A stretch of 64,000 bases of DNA from Tolypothrix carrinoi HA7290-LM1. Lineage in GTDB: Bacteria > Cyanobacteriota > Cyanobacteriia > Cyanobacteriales > Nostocaceae. The stretch is from the NCBI GenBank assembly GCA_019358935.1, contig JAHHIK010000003.1, positions 76,461 to 140,460 on the forward strand, read 5' to 3'. Position numbers and translations under genes: made by a program. Position 1 is the stretch's first letter. Each line of letters begins with the position of its first letter. The notes under the pieces were generated by a model. The model had not been told where the DNA came from. It made no database searches and saw nothing but the letters and a program-made list of their open reading frames with translations. Shown piece by piece: positions 20,312 to 32,202 of this stretch.

Positions 20312-21883
20312 TCACTCTGTTTTTACCTGTCTTTCTAGAAACCACGCTAACGCCGCTAATCCTAATAATAATGGTGTCAACCAATCACCCCAACGTACAT
20401 AAAAAGTTTGCGTTTGTCGGCGATAAATTGTTTCGACGTGAGTTTCGTAGGTATTGTGTCCAGATATCCACAAAGTTCTGCCGTGAGGATTAATAAAAGC
20501 TGAATATCCCGTATTCGTCGCTCGCACTCCCCATCTATCAGTTTCAATTGCCCGCATGATATCTTGGGCATGGTGTTGAGCGGGCATGGCAGCGCTGTAA
20601 TGGGCATCGTTAGAAGGGCTAAGTATAAATTGTCCACCTGCGGCAGCTTGACGGCGGAATTGTTCGGAAAAAGCAGATTCGTAACAGATTCCGACAATAG
20701 CACGACCAAAAGGTGTGTTAAATACTTGATTTGGTGAGCCGGGAACTTGGTGTTCGTCTAAAGGTGACAAACGCTGAATAATACCGCCTAAAATTTCCTC
20801 AAAGGGAACATACTCGCCAATAGGAACTAACTTTGCTTTGTCGTAACGGCTGAAAATTTCTCCGTTACCAGTAAAGGTAAATAAGCTATTTGTATAACTG
20901 CGTCCCCGTTCTCCAAAAGCACCAATCCAAGCAACTATGCCTTTTTCTCGTATTGCTGAAAGAAGGGAAGTTTCCTTTAAGTCACGCTGGAAAAAAGGTA
21001 AGGCTCCTTCTGGGGTTAAAACTGCATTTATACCTTGATTTGCTAATGTTAAATATCCAGTGGTGTAACCTTCAATAGCGCGACGAAAACCTTCAGGATA
21101 AAGTTTGATTTCGTTGGGGACATTGCCTTGAATAATTCCCACTTTTAAAGCGGTTTCTGGTGGTTGCGCGAGGGGACGGCTGTATAAACTAAAGCCGATG
21201 AGATGGATAATAAGGCAAAAGGCAAAAGGCAAAAGGTAAAAGTAAAAATTCTTTCTTCTACCTTCTACCTTTTTACTTTTTCCTTGTATCCAAGCTTCTG
21301 CAAGCAAGCCATTCACGGCGACAATTGAGAAAGTCACCGCACTTGAACCTGAAAGTTGACCTAAATGTAAAATTACGAGATTATGCGGGCTTTGAGTGTA
21401 AGAAAGAGAACTCCAATATAAAGCGCCATTACTCCAAAGTGATTCTAAGCCGCACCAAAGGGCTGTACCAATGAGAACGCGAGTAAATTTATTTTGGCTG
21501 GAAATCGTTCTCATAGCGATCGCCCAAATAGCGACTAATGCGGCGCCCCACAAAGTAATGAATGTCCAACAAAATAAGGCTATTCCCAAACTCGCCAACC
21601 AAGGAACGCCCATCCAAGTCATCGGATGAATTCCAGTAATCCAGGATAGGGCAAGACCGTGATAACCTATACCCCAAGCGAGGGCGAGGAGGAGGGGGGG
21701 AGGGGAAGATGAGGTTTTTGGCTGTGCAGAATTGACAATTAATACCCACAGGGGGGCAAGGGCAATCCAAGCTAAGAACCATACGTTAAATGGGGCAACG
21801 GTAAGCCCCATCAAAATACCGCTAATTAAAGCAGCCATGAGTTTTGAGTTATGAGTTTTGAATTGGAAATTTTTTAAACTCAT
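20312..21883 (-). CDS. lnt: Apolipoprotein N-acyltransferase
   Basis: Multi-TM N-terminal half; QGN, PEGA, YDKAKLVPIGEYVP, ICYE and RATNTG. Confidence 0.92.
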   Translation of the reverse strand: MSLKNFQFKTHNSKLMAALISGILMGLTVAPFNVWFLAWIALAPLWVLIVNSAQPKTSSSPPPLLLALAWGIGYHGLALSWITGIHPMTWMGVPWLASLGIALFCWTFITLWGAALVAIWAIAMRTISSQNKFTRVLIGTALWCGLESLWSNGALYWSSLSYTQSPHNLVILHLGQLSGSSAVTFSIVAVNGLLAEAWIQGKSKKVEGRRKNFYFYLLPFAFCLIIHLIGFSLYSRPLAQPPETALKVGIIQGNVPNEIKLYPEGFRRAIEGYTTGYLTLANQGINAVLTPEGALPFFQRDLKETSLLSAIREKGIVAWIGAFGERGRSYTNSLFTFTGNGEIFSRYDKAKLVPIGEYVPFEEILGGIIQRLSPLDEHQVPGSPNQVFNTPFGRAIVGICYESAFSEQFRRQAAAGGQFILSPSNDAHYSAAMPAQHHAQDIMRAIETDRWGVRATNTGYSAFINPHGRTLWISGHNTYETHVETIYRRQTQTFYVRWGDWLTPLLLGLAALAWFLERQVKTE

Positions 21884-21935
21884 AACTCTTAACTCCTAAC
21901 TCCTAACTCCTAACTCCGCTCTTCCTAACTCCTAA

Positions 21936-24551
21936 CTATTCCACCTCTGCTACATCAACAGTATCGGGTGCAACATCACCACTATCGGGGGGAACGATCG
22001 CTACTCCGGTAATTGCGTCCTCTTCGTCTAAACGCTGCACTCGCACTCCAGTGGCAGATCGCGATTGGACAGAAATGGCATTTGTCGCTTGTCGGATAAT
22101 AATACCGCGATTAGTAACCATCATGATTTCATCGTCGCTGTTGACGATGTGCAAAGCCGCCAATTTGTCTTTGGTTTTCCGGTTTTTGAACTTGGTTGCC
22201 ATTAAACCTTGACCGGCACGATTTTGCAAGCGGAATTGAGCAACTGGGACGCGCTTGCCATATCCCCCCATTGTAATGACCAACACCCAAGGACCAATAC
22301 TGCCGTTAGCGGGAATTTCTTGTGATTCTTCTTCAGCGATGATTTCTTCTGTTTCGATATCCTCGTTCAGGTCAACTTCTGTCTCTGTAACCGTATCCAA
22401 GGTGTCAAGAATTGCGGCTGGTAAAATTGCCATACCCACCAGTTCATCGCCTTTCTTTAGCTTCATGGCTTTGACTCCACGAGTTGCCCTACCTAGAGGA
22501 CGCAATTGCTCTTGGCTACAGCGAAAGTGAATTGCCATACCGAGACGAGAACCAATGATGATGCTGTCTTCTACTCTAGCGCGTCCTACCCAGCGGAGTT
22601 GGTCGCCTTCTTCGAGAGATATGGCTATTAAGCCGTTGGCACGAATGTTGCTAAATGCTTCCAATGCGGTTTTCTTGATGTTGCCGCCTTTGGTGAGCAT
22701 TACCAGGTATTCGTCGCTGCTAAACTCGGAAACGGGGACGATAGAAGTGATTTTTTCCTCTTTGGGAATCGGCAGCATTTGCACGATTGGTGTACCGCGA
22801 CTTGTACGGGAACTGACGGGAATTTGATATGCTTTGACGCAGTAAACAACTCCGCGATCGCTAAAAAATAAAACACTGTCGTGATCGCAGCAACTCAAGA
22901 AATGCTCAACGGTGTCATCATCTTTCACTTTGGCGGCAGCTTTACCTCTGGTTGCACGATTTTGCGCTTCAAAGGTATTCACTGGCATTCGTTTGATGTA
23001 ACCTTGTTTAGTAATCAAAATAATCGCTTTTTCATTGGCGATCAAATCAAGGTCATCTAATTCGCCTTCACCTAATGAAATTACCGTGCGGCGCGGTGTG
23101 GCATGAGTTGCTTTTATTTGGGTGATTTCGGTTTCAATGATTTCTAAAATCCGTTCCCGCCGTGCCAATATATCTTGCAAGTCGGCAATTTGATTTTGTA
23201 AATCTTCGTGTTCCAGGCGAATTTTATCTGCTTCTAGTGCTGTTAAACGTCGCAGTTGCATTTGCAAAATTGCGTCCGCTTGCACTTCTGAAAGTCCGTA
23301 AGTTGTGATTAACTCACCTTTTGCTGTGGGCGCATCCGGTGCATGACGAATTAAGTTAATAATTGCGTCTAAATGTGATAGGGCAATTAATAACCCTTGT
23401 AACAGATGATCGCGTTCTTCAGCTTTCCGCAGTTCGTACTGTGTGCGTCTGGTAATCGCTTCGATGCGAAAATCTAAAAAGACGCTTAAGAACTGTTTGA
23501 GGGTCAGAACTTGGGGTTCGGAATTTACCAACGCCAACATATTCGCGCCAAAGTTGGCTTGCAAAGGCGTTTGTTTGTAGAGATTGTTTAAGACGACGCG
23601 GGGATAAGCATCGCGTTTGAGTTCAATGACGATTCGCATTCCATCGCGATCGCTTTCATCCCGAATATCTGCAATTCCCTCTAAGCGCTTTTCGTTCACC
23701 ATTTCGGCGATTCTTTCAATTAACGCCGCTTTGTTGGTTTGGTAGGGCAGTTCGGTGATGATAATCGCTTCTCTATCCGGGCGTCCGCGCTGTTCTACGG
23801 TTTCAATTGTAGCTACGCCCCGCATGGTTATCGAACCGCGTCCGGTGGTGTAAGCTTCTTTAATTGCTGCTGTTCCCAGAATCTGCGCTCCCGTAGGAAA
23901 GTCGGGACCGTGGATATATTGCATTAACTGGATATCAGTGATTTCCGGGTTGTGGATTAAAGCTACAAAACCATCAATCAATTCGCCCAAGTTGTGGGGA
24001 GGGATGTTAGTTGCCATCCCTACGGCAATCCCAGAGGAACCGTTGAGTAGTAATTGGGGAATACGTGACGGTAGGACTGTCGGTTCTTGTTGGGAACCGT
24101 CGAAGTTATCGATAAAGTCTACGGTTTCCGATTCGATGTCTTGGAGTAGGGCAGCGCTGGTTAAAGCTTGCAAGCGACATTCAGTGTAACGCATTGCCGC
24201 TGGTGGGTCGTTGTCTACTGAACCGAAGTTACCATGCCCGTTGACCAGAGGCGATCGCATCGAAAAATCTTGCGCCATCCGCACCAAAGCATCATACACT
24301 GCCGTGTCGCCGTGGGGGTGATATTTACCCAACACTTCCCCGACTACACGGGCGCATTTTTTAAAAGGACGGTCTGCGGTTAACCCCAACTCATGCATGG
24401 CATAGAGGATGCGGCGATGCACAGGTTTCAGACCATCCCTGGCATCTGGCAATGCCCTACCTACAATTACGCTCATCGCGTATTCCAGATAAGACCGGGA
24501 CATTTCGTTCCGCAGATCGGTGGGGATTATCCTATCCTGGGAATAAGTCAT
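21936..24551 (-). CDS. gyrA: DNA gyrase subunit A
   Basis: [15 protein letters not shown] and AAMRYTE; GyrA-box-like QNRATRG; C-terminal beta-pinwheel repeats. Confidence 0.95.
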   Translation of the reverse strand: MTYSQDRIIPTDLRNEMSRSYLEYAMSVIVGRALPDARDGLKPVHRRILYAMHELGLTADRPFKKCARVVGEVLGKYHPHGDTAVYDALVRMAQDFSMRSPLVNGHGNFGSVDNDPPAAMRYTECRLQALTSAALLQDIESETVDFIDNFDGSQQEPTVLPSRIPQLLLNGSSGIAVGMATNIPPHNLGELIDGFVALIHNPEITDIQLMQYIHGPDFPTGAQILGTAAIKEAYTTGRGSITMRGVATIETVEQRGRPDREAIIITELPYQTNKAALIERIAEMVNEKRLEGIADIRDESDRDGMRIVIELKRDAYPRVVLNNLYKQTPLQANFGANMLALVNSEPQVLTLKQFLSVFLDFRIEAITRRTQYELRKAEERDHLLQGLLIALSHLDAIINLIRHAPDAPTAKGELITTYGLSEVQADAILQMQLRRLTALEADKIRLEHEDLQNQIADLQDILARRERILEIIETEITQIKATHATPRRTVISLGEGELDDLDLIANEKAIILITKQGYIKRMPVNTFEAQNRATRGKAAAKVKDDDTVEHFLSCCDHDSVLFFSDRGVVYCVKAYQIPVSSRTSRGTPIVQMLPIPKEEKITSIVPVSEFSSDEYLVMLTKGGNIKKTALEAFSNIRANGLIAISLEEGDQLRWVGRARVEDSIIIGSRLGMAIHFRCSQEQLRPLGRATRGVKAMKLKKGDELVGMAILPAAILDTLDTVTETEVDLNEDIETEEIIAEEESQEIPANGSIGPWVLVITMGGYGKRVPVAQFRLQNRAGQGLMATKFKNRKTKDKLAALHIVNSDDEIMMVTNRGIIIRQATNAISVQSRSATGVRVQRLDEEDAITGVAIVPPDSGDVAPDTVDVAEVE

Positions 24552-24702
24552 ATAACCTTAAAAAACTCCAAAAGTGGCAGATTTTCGCTTTGTTAATTCA
24601 GTAAACGCCGAATTATTCTAAATTTGTCTTGAATAATGGCAATTATTTGTTAAAATTCTAGCACATTTTGCCTTCGTTTGCCGGGATTAGGGACTCTTTA
24701 CT

Positions 24703-24845
24703 GGGGAGACAAGGAGACAAGGGGACAGGGAGACAAGGGGACAAGGGGGCAGGGGGCAGGGGGCAGGGGGCAGGGGGCAGGGGGCAGGGGGAGTTTGCCT
24801 CTTCGTCTCCCTTGTCTCCCTTGTCCCCCCCTCCCCTCTCCCCCT
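24703..24845. repeat. STRR-type short tandem repeats (GGGGACAAG / GGGGGCA) with inverted partner tract
   Basis: 9-mer and 7-mer tandem units followed by complementary CTTGTCCCC units. Confidence 0.8.
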
Positions 24846-26139
24846 AATCTTCTTGACGGGATTCGGAGGATTTGAGTTGAGATGCAATCAAGGGAACTTT
24901 AGGGGCAAGAAAAAATCCCATCAAACTGGCAAAGAGAATCGGTGTCATGGGACTGAAGTTAGTTAATTTTGACAGCAGCAAAGTTGTACTTACAGGTGTG
25001 CGCGTCACTGCTGCATTGATAGCAGCCATTGTACAAATCATTGCCAGCGCCGGATTAATTCCTGGAATTAAAATTGCGATCGCTTTGCCGATACAAGCAC
25101 CAGTAAAGAATAAAGGTATGATAAATCCACCACGCCACCCACCTGTAACGGTAAGGCTAATCGCAGCCATTTTACCCAAAGCAAGAGTTAAGAGGAAAAC
25201 AGCATCAAAGTTAGTATTAACGACAGATTCTAACTCTTCATGCCCAAAATAACGAGTTAGCGGCAATATTGCGGCTAAACAGCCTAATGCGAATCCTGCT
25301 AGTGTTGTGCGTAAATAAATTGGTCCGGGAATCTGGGTGTATAGGCGATCGCAAAAGCGAAAAATGCCGATGAAAATCCATCCTGCTACTGCCCCAATCA
25401 TCCCAAACAAAATAGCGAAAGCAAAATCATCAATGTTTTCTAGCTGGTAGTTGGGGAAATGCCAAGTTGGGGCAATTCCCAAGTGTGTAATTGCCGCAAA
25501 CACCACATAACTAGCACAACTCGAAACAATCGCTGGCATCAGCGCTTCGTAGTACTCGACAATATGCTGATGGTGTAAAATCTCTAAGGCGAACATCGCA
25601 CCACCAAGAGGTGCGCCAAATAAGGCAGTAAAACCCGCAGCCATTGCTGCTAAACTCATAGTTCTGAGGTCTTCACCTTGAAGTTGCCAGCGATCGGCAA
25701 TCCAAGTACCAAAAGAACCTGTAACCTGTACCAGTGGTGCTTCAGGTCCTGCACTGCCGCCTGCCGCTATACTCACTAAAGAAGCCAGAATCATTGAAGG
25801 ATTTTTGCGAGCATCCAGCCGTCCGCCGCGAAAATGGATATTATCGACAATTACGGCGATTTCACCAGGATTTCCGAGAAAATGAATCACCAGCCCGATA
25901 ACTAAACCAGCAGAAGGCATTATTATCAACAAACTCAGACCGTTAAATCGTTGCAGTTGGTGAGTAATTAGTTCTAGAACATTCCAGTAGAAAGCAGCAA
26001 ATAAACCACAAACAGTCCCCACAACTGCCCAACGTAAAACCCACCGCGAAATCATCAGCGGATTACGTCTTAGCAGTCCAAAAAGCTGAGAAAGTGTCCA
26101 ACGTTGAATTTGATCGGAATTGTTACGCTTTGGTAGCAC
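24844..26139 (-). CDS. CLC-family chloride channel/transporter
   Basis: GGSAGPEAP, FGAPLGGAMFALE and GWRGGFIIPLF; multiple TM segments. Confidence 0.85.
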   Translation of the reverse strand: MLPKRNNSDQIQRWTLSQLFGLLRRNPLMISRWVLRWAVVGTVCGLFAAFYWNVLELITHQLQRFNGLSLLIIMPSAGLVIGLVIHFLGNPGEIAVIVDNIHFRGGRLDARKNPSMILASLVSIAAGGSAGPEAPLVQVTGSFGTWIADRWQLQGEDLRTMSLAAMAAGFTALFGAPLGGAMFALEILHHQHIVEYYEALMPAIVSSCASYVVFAAITHLGIAPTWHFPNYQLENIDDFAFAILFGMIGAVAGWIFIGIFRFCDRLYTQIPGPIYLRTTLAGFALGCLAAILPLTRYFGHEELESVVNTNFDAVFLLTLALGKMAAISLTVTGGWRGGFIIPLFFTGACIGKAIAILIPGINPALAMICTMAAINAAVTRTPVSTTLLLSKLTNFSPMTPILFASLMGFFLAPKVPLIASQLKSSESRQED

Positions 26140-26382
26140 TGCTGATTTCCTATCTAATCGATAAAATGTAATATAAGATACCGAATTGTTCTGCTTTTTA
26201 TGTTTTATACCATTTCCTTTGGTGTATTATCTTCCAGCTAAAGGAGGGTTGACTGAATAATTATTAATTCATAATTCATAATTAAAAAATGGGTACAAGC
26301 CCCACTAAATTTTTGATGAGCGTGGTCTTCACTATAAGTGGAGAGTAACTGCGATCCACTGATTGTAATTATGAATTATTAA

Positions 26383-26478
26383 TAGGACTTACGCACCCAC
26401 TAAAGTCTTGTAGGGGCAATTCATGAATTGCCCCTACATAAATTCAATGGTGACGACGACATGAGTGCGTAAGTTTTA
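26383..26478. mobile_element. TA-ended MITE carrying a GTAG REP palindrome (26410-26437)
   Basis: TAGGACTTACGCAC ... GTGCGTAAGTTTTA inverted ends. Confidence 0.65.
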
Positions 26479-26612
26479 ATTAATTATTAGTTATGAATTA
26501 TTTTGATTTTCTGTGCCTTATCCGGTCATCTTGGTAATTTAAGCCCCAAGATAGTGTGTGTCTCATCGCAGCAGAGTTTAAGCTGAGGCGTAAGTTCTAT
26601 AGGGCAAAAATT

Positions 26613-26825
26613 ATGACTGAGGAAAAACATATTAATCAAGCTGAAAAGATGAATCCAGAGGAGGATGCGCCAGAATTAAGTCCAGAGGTGTTGGACACGA
26701 TCAAACATCCGCCCAATATTGAAGATGTGTTACGGGAACTACCACCAGAAGAACTTCGAGGTATGCCCGGTGTAGTACCGGAAATGCTTGATGAACCAAA
26801 CGATGAAATGAGTGGTATGAGTTAA
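26613..26825 (+). CDS. Small acidic hypothetical protein
   Basis: 70-aa ORF from ATG 26613, strongly acidic and Pro-rich. Confidence 0.55.
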   Translation: MTEEKHINQAEKMNPEEDAPELSPEVLDTIKHPPNIEDVLRELPPEELRGMPGVVPEMLDEPNDEMSGMS

Positions 26826-27055
26826 CAATAGTACAATTCGTCAACAAAAACGCCCGCAGGCGCGAGATTCCTGGGGCTACCATAACAAAGCCTGCGCTCG
26901 TCTGGCTGTGAGTTTTTCAGCCTGCGCTCGTCTGGCTTTGTCCGTGTAGCGATACCCTTACAGGGTATTGCTGCAACATCAAAATACTCTATACAAACCT
27001 TTTATTAAAGATACAATTGAAACCGCTGTATCCTGCTGCCCACTTTGCTGACGCT

Positions 27056-27973
27056 ATGTTCCCAGTTATCTATAGTAGCGAGTTTTTGGAACACAAAACT
27101 GGATATCTCCATCCAGAGAAGCCAGAAAGGTTAACAGCGATCGCTTCCGCTATCAAAGCAGCTGCGTTTGCAGAACAAATTGAATGGCGATCGCCTACAC
27201 CAGCATCTCAAGCGCTTGATTTGATGTCTGTTCTACAACAAGCACACACTCCGCGCTACATTCAAAAAGTCCAACAAATCGCTGAAGAAGGCGGTGGTTA
27301 TTTGGATGGAGATACGCCAATTTCCCCGCGCAGCTATGATGTAGCGTTATTGGCAGCGAGTGCTTGGGTGGATGGAATTAATGCTGTGCTAGCAAATCAA
27401 AATCCCGCTTTTGTGCTAGCGCGTCCACCGGGACACCACGCCGAAAGTGATGCGGGGATGGGGTTTTGCTTATTTTCTAATGCAGCGATCGCCGCTTTTT
27501 ACGCTTTACAACAACCGGAAATTCAACGTGTCGCCATTCTGGATTGGGATGTGCATCATGGTAATGGTACACAGGCGATCGTTGAAACAAGCAAGCAGAT
27601 TGCTTTCTGTTCGCTACATCAATACCCCTGCTATCCCGGTACTGGCAGAGCCACAGAACGCGGTTTTCATGATAACGTCTTAAACTTACCCGTTCCTCCG
27701 GGTAGCGATTTGGCAGTATATCAGCCACTATTTGAAAAAAAGATAATTCCTTTTTTATCCAACTTTCAGCCAGATTTACTGATTGTCAGTGCTGGTTATG
27801 ATGGTAACGCTGACGATCCTTTAGCAATGATTAATTTACAACCAAAAGATTATGGTTTGTTTACCGATTATTGTTTAGGATTAACTCGAAAAATTCTTTT
27901 TGGCTTAGAAGGTGGCTATGATTTTAAAACACTATCTCAATCAGTAGTCGCCACAATAGAACGTTGTTTATAA
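27056..27973 (+). CDS. Histone deacetylase family protein
   Basis: HPEKPERL, RPPGHHA, GFC, DWDVHHGNGT, SAGYD and LEGGY. Confidence 0.93.
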   Translation: MFPVIYSSEFLEHKTGYLHPEKPERLTAIASAIKAAAFAEQIEWRSPTPASQALDLMSVLQQAHTPRYIQKVQQIAEEGGGYLDGDTPISPRSYDVALLAASAWVDGINAVLANQNPAFVLARPPGHHAESDAGMGFCLFSNAAIAAFYALQQPEIQRVAILDWDVHHGNGTQAIVETSKQIAFCSLHQYPCYPGTGRATERGFHDNVLNLPVPPGSDLAVYQPLFEKKIIPFLSNFQPDLLIVSAGYDGNADDPLAMINLQPKDYGLFTDYCLGLTRKILFGLEGGYDFKTLSQSVVATIERCL

Positions 27974-28298
27974 CCGTAGTAAGCGTTTCAACGCTTATTT
28001 TGGGCACTTACAGCAATTTTCATGTATTTAGACCACACTCTTGTTTCTTTATTTCTTCCTTTGCGCCTTTGCGCGGCAGTCGCTACAACGGGGGGAACCC
28101 CAACGCCAGGTGCTTCAAGCCGGGAAACCCGTCCAACGCACTGGCTCCGCAACGCGCTGCCTTGCCTTTGCGTGAGATAAAAACAATGTGGTTTATTTAC
28201 CTGAAAATAGCTGTAAGTGCCCACTACAATAGAACGTTTTTTATTACCGTAGTAAGCGTTTTAACGCTTATTAAGGGCACTTAAGTGCCCACTACAAA
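27974..28298. mobile_element. Nested repeat stack: tandem REP-like unit > TA MITE (28009-28215) > CTTTGCG element > SDR > SDR
   Basis: The intact outer unit at 28247-28298 shows the pre-insertion site GGGCACTTAAGTGCCC. Confidence 0.8.
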
Positions 28299-28308
28299 TA
28301 CTTTCGCG

Positions 28309-29622
28309 TCAGCGATCTACAAAGCTAGATTCATTAACAGGAACATTGCCAAGTTTTGACTCGCCCAAATAGTTATAAACCGCTCTTGACACTTGACGAA
28401 TAAAGCTTACAGCTCGGTCATCGTAATTAGGTCTGCGTACCAAAATACCCGCTAAATAGCTTTTACCGTTTGGCATTTGAATTATGCCAGCATCGCCCAA
28501 TATAAATCTGAGTGTACCAGTTTTGTGAGAAATTATAGCTTTCTTATCTATACCAGCGGGAAGTAAAGACCTATTGCGAGTCCCGCGCATAATGGCTAAA
28601 ACTTGATTGCGACTTTTTGGTGATAGCAAACGATTGTTAGTAAGTAACGCTGACAGTCTTACCAAATCTTTAGGGCTAGTTGTATTCGTACCACCGACAT
28701 CAGGAAGATTATTACGAATTACTGTATTTTGCAATCCCCAATTACGAAAGCGTTGATTTAGTTTAGTTTCTCCGCCCAAACGGTCGATAATCATATTCGT
28801 CGCCGTATTGTCGCTAATAACTATCATATTAGTTAGAGTTTGCAAAACGCTGAATTTTGTGTTTACAGGCTTGTATTGCATTGTTCCAGATTCACCTGCA
28901 ATTAAACCACGGCGCATCACCAGTTTTTCATCGAGTTTAATTCTACCCGCATCTATTTCTTCAAACAAAGCTACTAAAACCGGAAATTTGATTGTACTAG
29001 CTGCTGAAAATATCTTTTCGCCATTAATATCTACATAATTACCTGTTTGTAAATCTAAGAAAAACATTCCCGGATTTAAAGAGCGATAACGATTCATTAA
29101 TGCTTTGATTTGGGAATTTAAAACTGGTATTTCTTGACCTAAATTCACAACTCCCGCAAATAATGAAGCATCAGTTGGGGCGATCGCAATATCTTGGCGG
29201 TTTTCACCAGCCGAAAATGAGACATCATTTGGCTGACGGTTAATTGATGAAAAATTCACCACCCAATGCGATCGCGAATCGCCTTTAATTGAAAGACCTT
29301 GAGGAGAAATATTGTAACCAGGTGCTAATTCAATTACTAATCGAGTGCTTTGTTCATCAGGTTGTCCAATGCGAATTTCTTTAATAGCTTTGCCAAAGCT
29401 TTTTCGCATCGTTGTAGTGTCAATAGTCGTTCCAGGTAAGTCGATTACTAATCGTTTAGGGTTATCAAGTAAAAAAGCTTTAGGCTGTATACCAGAATCG
29501 GTGGTGATATGTAACTGATTTTGAGCTTGGTCAAAATACCAAGATTCTAATTTAGCTGCATTTGCTTGCTCAGACATTAACACTAAACTAGCCAAGCTTG
29601 CCAAAAATAAGCGACATTTCAT
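28309..29622 (-). CDS. AMIN-domain + class A beta-lactamase-like serine hydrolase
   Basis: Signal peptide; AMIN region (NPKRLVIDLP, TRLVIEL); SxxK (STIK), SDN and KTG motifs. Confidence 0.88.
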   Translation of the reverse strand: MKCRLFLASLASLVLMSEQANAAKLESWYFDQAQNQLHITTDSGIQPKAFLLDNPKRLVIDLPGTTIDTTTMRKSFGKAIKEIRIGQPDEQSTRLVIELAPGYNISPQGLSIKGDSRSHWVVNFSSINRQPNDVSFSAGENRQDIAIAPTDASLFAGVVNLGQEIPVLNSQIKALMNRYRSLNPGMFFLDLQTGNYVDINGEKIFSAASTIKFPVLVALFEEIDAGRIKLDEKLVMRRGLIAGESGTMQYKPVNTKFSVLQTLTNMIVISDNTATNMIIDRLGGETKLNQRFRNWGLQNTVIRNNLPDVGGTNTTSPKDLVRLSALLTNNRLLSPKSRNQVLAIMRGTRNRSLLPAGIDKKAIISHKTGTLRFILGDAGIIQMPNGKSYLAGILVRRPNYDDRAVSFIRQVSRAVYNYLGESKLGNVPVNESSFVDR

Positions 29623-29879
29623 GTGCGTGTTTAAAATGTATTTACATTTACTTAAACTTTATTTACCAGAAATTTGCTTTGTATCAGGAAAATAAAATGT
29701 CAAAAAAATCAATAAACATTTAATAATTAAAATATACAAATACAAAAAATTGTGCCATTGCCATTGGCAAAAGCAACTAAAATCATTTAATAACTAAAAG
29801 GGTGGAAAACACCCACCACCTAGACGAAGAGATGATAATTGATGTTTCCACCCTGCCGATAAATTTTGGTCAGCGTTTT

Positions 29880-31238
29880 TCAAGTTAAAACATAAGGCGT
29901 TGCAATCATCTGCATTCCTGCTGGTGCGGCTAAAGTCAAACCACGACGCACAGGACGCACAGGACGCTTATTTACTGTTGATAGTTGAAACTGAGAAAGA
30001 ATTGTTGCCAATACCAGTTTCATTTCATACTGAGCAAAAGCCATACCAATACAGCGACGATTACCACCACCAAAGGGTAAATACTCGTATTGAGAAAATT
30101 GTCTTTCTAAAAAGCGTTCTGGTTTGAATTGCTTCGGTTGTGGGTAGACTTGTTCGCGGTGGTGCGCTAAATAGATACTGGGAACTACTATAGTTTTTGC
30201 TGGTAGATGATAGCCCATAATTTTAATTGGCGATTTGACTACCCGAATAAAACCATTCATTGCGATCGGATAAATTCGCAGTGTTTCTTGGCATACTGCA
30301 TTTAAATAAGGCAGTTTAGCAATAATACTCGGATCTGGGTTGTTACCAAAAAAAGCGAGTTCTTTTAGTAGTTTGTCGCGCACTTCCGGTAAATAATCAA
30401 TCCAGTAAAAAGCCCAAGTCAATGCAGAAGCCGTAGTTTCATGTCCCGCAACCAGCAGCGTCATTAACTCATCGCGTAACTCTTGATTTGACATCGGCTG
30501 TCCGTCATCATAACGAGCAGACATCATCAAACTGAGGATATCTTGGCGATTTTGGTTAGATTCAGTTCTTCGTTCTTCAATTAAAGCATAAATAAGCTTA
30601 TCAATTCGTTCCATCAAGCGCAACACTCGACCCCACGGACTCCATGTGCCAAAATCTTTTTGGATGAACCGAAAAAAGAAGGCAGCGGACATAAATGGGG
30701 AACCCATAATATCTAGGACAGATGTGAGATGTTGGCGAAGTTCTTGAAAACGCTGTCCTTCATTTAAGCCAAAAACAACTCGTAAAATGACGCGCATGGT
30801 GATTTCTTGCATCGACGAACGAATATTAAAAGACTTGTTAATTTTCCATTCGTCGCTTACTTGCTGGGTGATTTGGCGAATAGTTTCACCATAAGCCCGC
30901 ATTCTATCACCATGAAAGGGAGGGGTTAATAGTTGGCGTTGGCGGTGGTGGCGATCGCCATCCAGTAAAATCAAAGAATTATCCCCTAGCAAAAATCGTA
31001 AACCTCGATTTCCCCTTCCACTTTCAAAATGCACAGAATCAGCAGCAAAAATCTCTTGTAGTGCTTGCGGATGACTAAAGTAGACAATAACAGAATCGCT
31101 CGTATTGGAAAGAGTGAACGTGTCACCATAAGAAGACGCAAAATTATCAGCGTATTCCAACGGCTGAAAAATAAATTTCATCCGCCGCAGAAATGTCGGC
31201 ATTTTTGGTCCATCAGGTAGATTTACGTTTGCGGTCAT
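29880..31238 (-). CDS. Cytochrome P450 (CYP110-like)
   Basis: AGHETT, ETLR, PERF and FGGGNRRCIG. Confidence 0.93.
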   Translation of the reverse strand: MTANVNLPDGPKMPTFLRRMKFIFQPLEYADNFASSYGDTFTLSNTSDSVIVYFSHPQALQEIFAADSVHFESGRGNRGLRFLLGDNSLILLDGDRHHRQRQLLTPPFHGDRMRAYGETIRQITQQVSDEWKINKSFNIRSSMQEITMRVILRVVFGLNEGQRFQELRQHLTSVLDIMGSPFMSAAFFFRFIQKDFGTWSPWGRVLRLMERIDKLIYALIEERRTESNQNRQDILSLMMSARYDDGQPMSNQELRDELMTLLVAGHETTASALTWAFYWIDYLPEVRDKLLKELAFFGNNPDPSIIAKLPYLNAVCQETLRIYPIAMNGFIRVVKSPIKIMGYHLPAKTIVVPSIYLAHHREQVYPQPKQFKPERFLERQFSQYEYLPFGGGNRRCIGMAFAQYEMKLVLATILSQFQLSTVNKRPVRPVRRGLTLAAPAGMQMIATPYVLT

Positions 31239-31278
31239 ATCTGCTTCTCAAATTGATGGCTTCTCGATTCTATCTTTT

Positions 31279-31492
31279 GGGGACTGGGGACTGGGGACTA
31301 GGGACTGGGGAAAAGGGAAAAGGGAAAAGGGGAAAGGGTTTTTGAAGAGGGGGAAAGGAGAAAGGGAAAAGAATTATTACCAATGCCCCATGACGGCAGA
31401 TGCTTCAAGCCGGGGAACCCGTCCAACGCACTGCCTCCCCAATGCCCCATGCCCAATGCCCCATTCCCAATGCCCCATTCCCAATTACCAAT
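31279..31492. repeat. STRR tracts (GGGGACT, GGGAAAA, CCCAATG) with an SDR-like insert at about 31392-31440
   Basis: The insert GACGGCAGATGC...CCAACGCACTGCCTCC is the reverse complement of the family at 56362 and 56430. Confidence 0.8.
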
Positions 31493-31551
31493 GCTTTTAT
31501 GTCACATAAAGATGTATAGTCTTGTAAGGTAGCGTCAGTAGCAAAAACTAA

Positions 31552-32202
31552 GTGGCAAAAATCATCGCTATCCTCAATGGCAAAGGTGGCGTGGGTAAAA
31601 CCACTACCGCCGTCAATCTGGCTGCAACATTTGCTCAACAGAAAAAGGTTCTTCTCATTGATGCAGATATTCAAGGTTCTGCTAGTTGGTGGTATAGCCG
31701 CAGTCAGAATGGTATGGGGTTCGACCTATCCCAAGAGACAGATCCTCAACTTTTAGGTAATTTAGGAAAGATAACAGGTTACGATTTAGTAATGGTAGAT
31801 ACGCCCCCGGCGCTGCGGTCTGAAGCTTTAGCGGCGGTATTGGCGATCGCAAACTATTTAGTTTTGCCTACACCCCCAGCACCAATGGATTTAGCTGTCC
31901 TAATTGACACAATTCAAAAAGCCGTCACTCCCTTGGGAACACCCCATCGAGTGTTGCTAACCAAAGTGGATACACGGAGTTTGGCAGAAGCACAGGAAGC
32001 TAAAAATACCTTGGTACAGTTAGGAATACCTGCTTGCAATAACTTTATTCGTGCTTACAAAGCACACGAACGAGCAGCGCTGGATGGTATGGCGATTACT
32101 CAATGGCGAGGAAATAATGCACGCGAAGCGGAGTCAGACTACCGCCGCGTAGCTGATGAATTAAAGCGTGATTGGAGGAAATTATGGTTAAGAGACGTGT
32201 AG
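31552..32202 (+). CDS. ParA-family ATPase
   Basis: Deviant Walker [14 protein letters not shown] and VDTPP. Confidence 0.9.
   Translation: MAKIIAILNGKGGVGKTTTAVNLAATFAQQKKVLLIDADIQGSASWWYSRSQNGMGFDLSQETDPQLLGNLGKITGYDLVMVDTPPALRSEALAAVLAIANYLVLPTPPAPMDLAVLIDTIQKAVTPLGTPHRVLLTKVDTRSLAEAQEAKNTLVQLGIPACNNFIRAYKAHERAALDGMAITQWRGNNAREAESDYRRVADELKRDWRKLWLRDV

Noticed and set aside
24678..24887. Gly/Pro-rich ORFs on both strands
   Set aside because: STRR artefacts.
27964..28284. ORFs on both strands after the deacetylase gene
   Set aside because: They span nested non-coding repeats.
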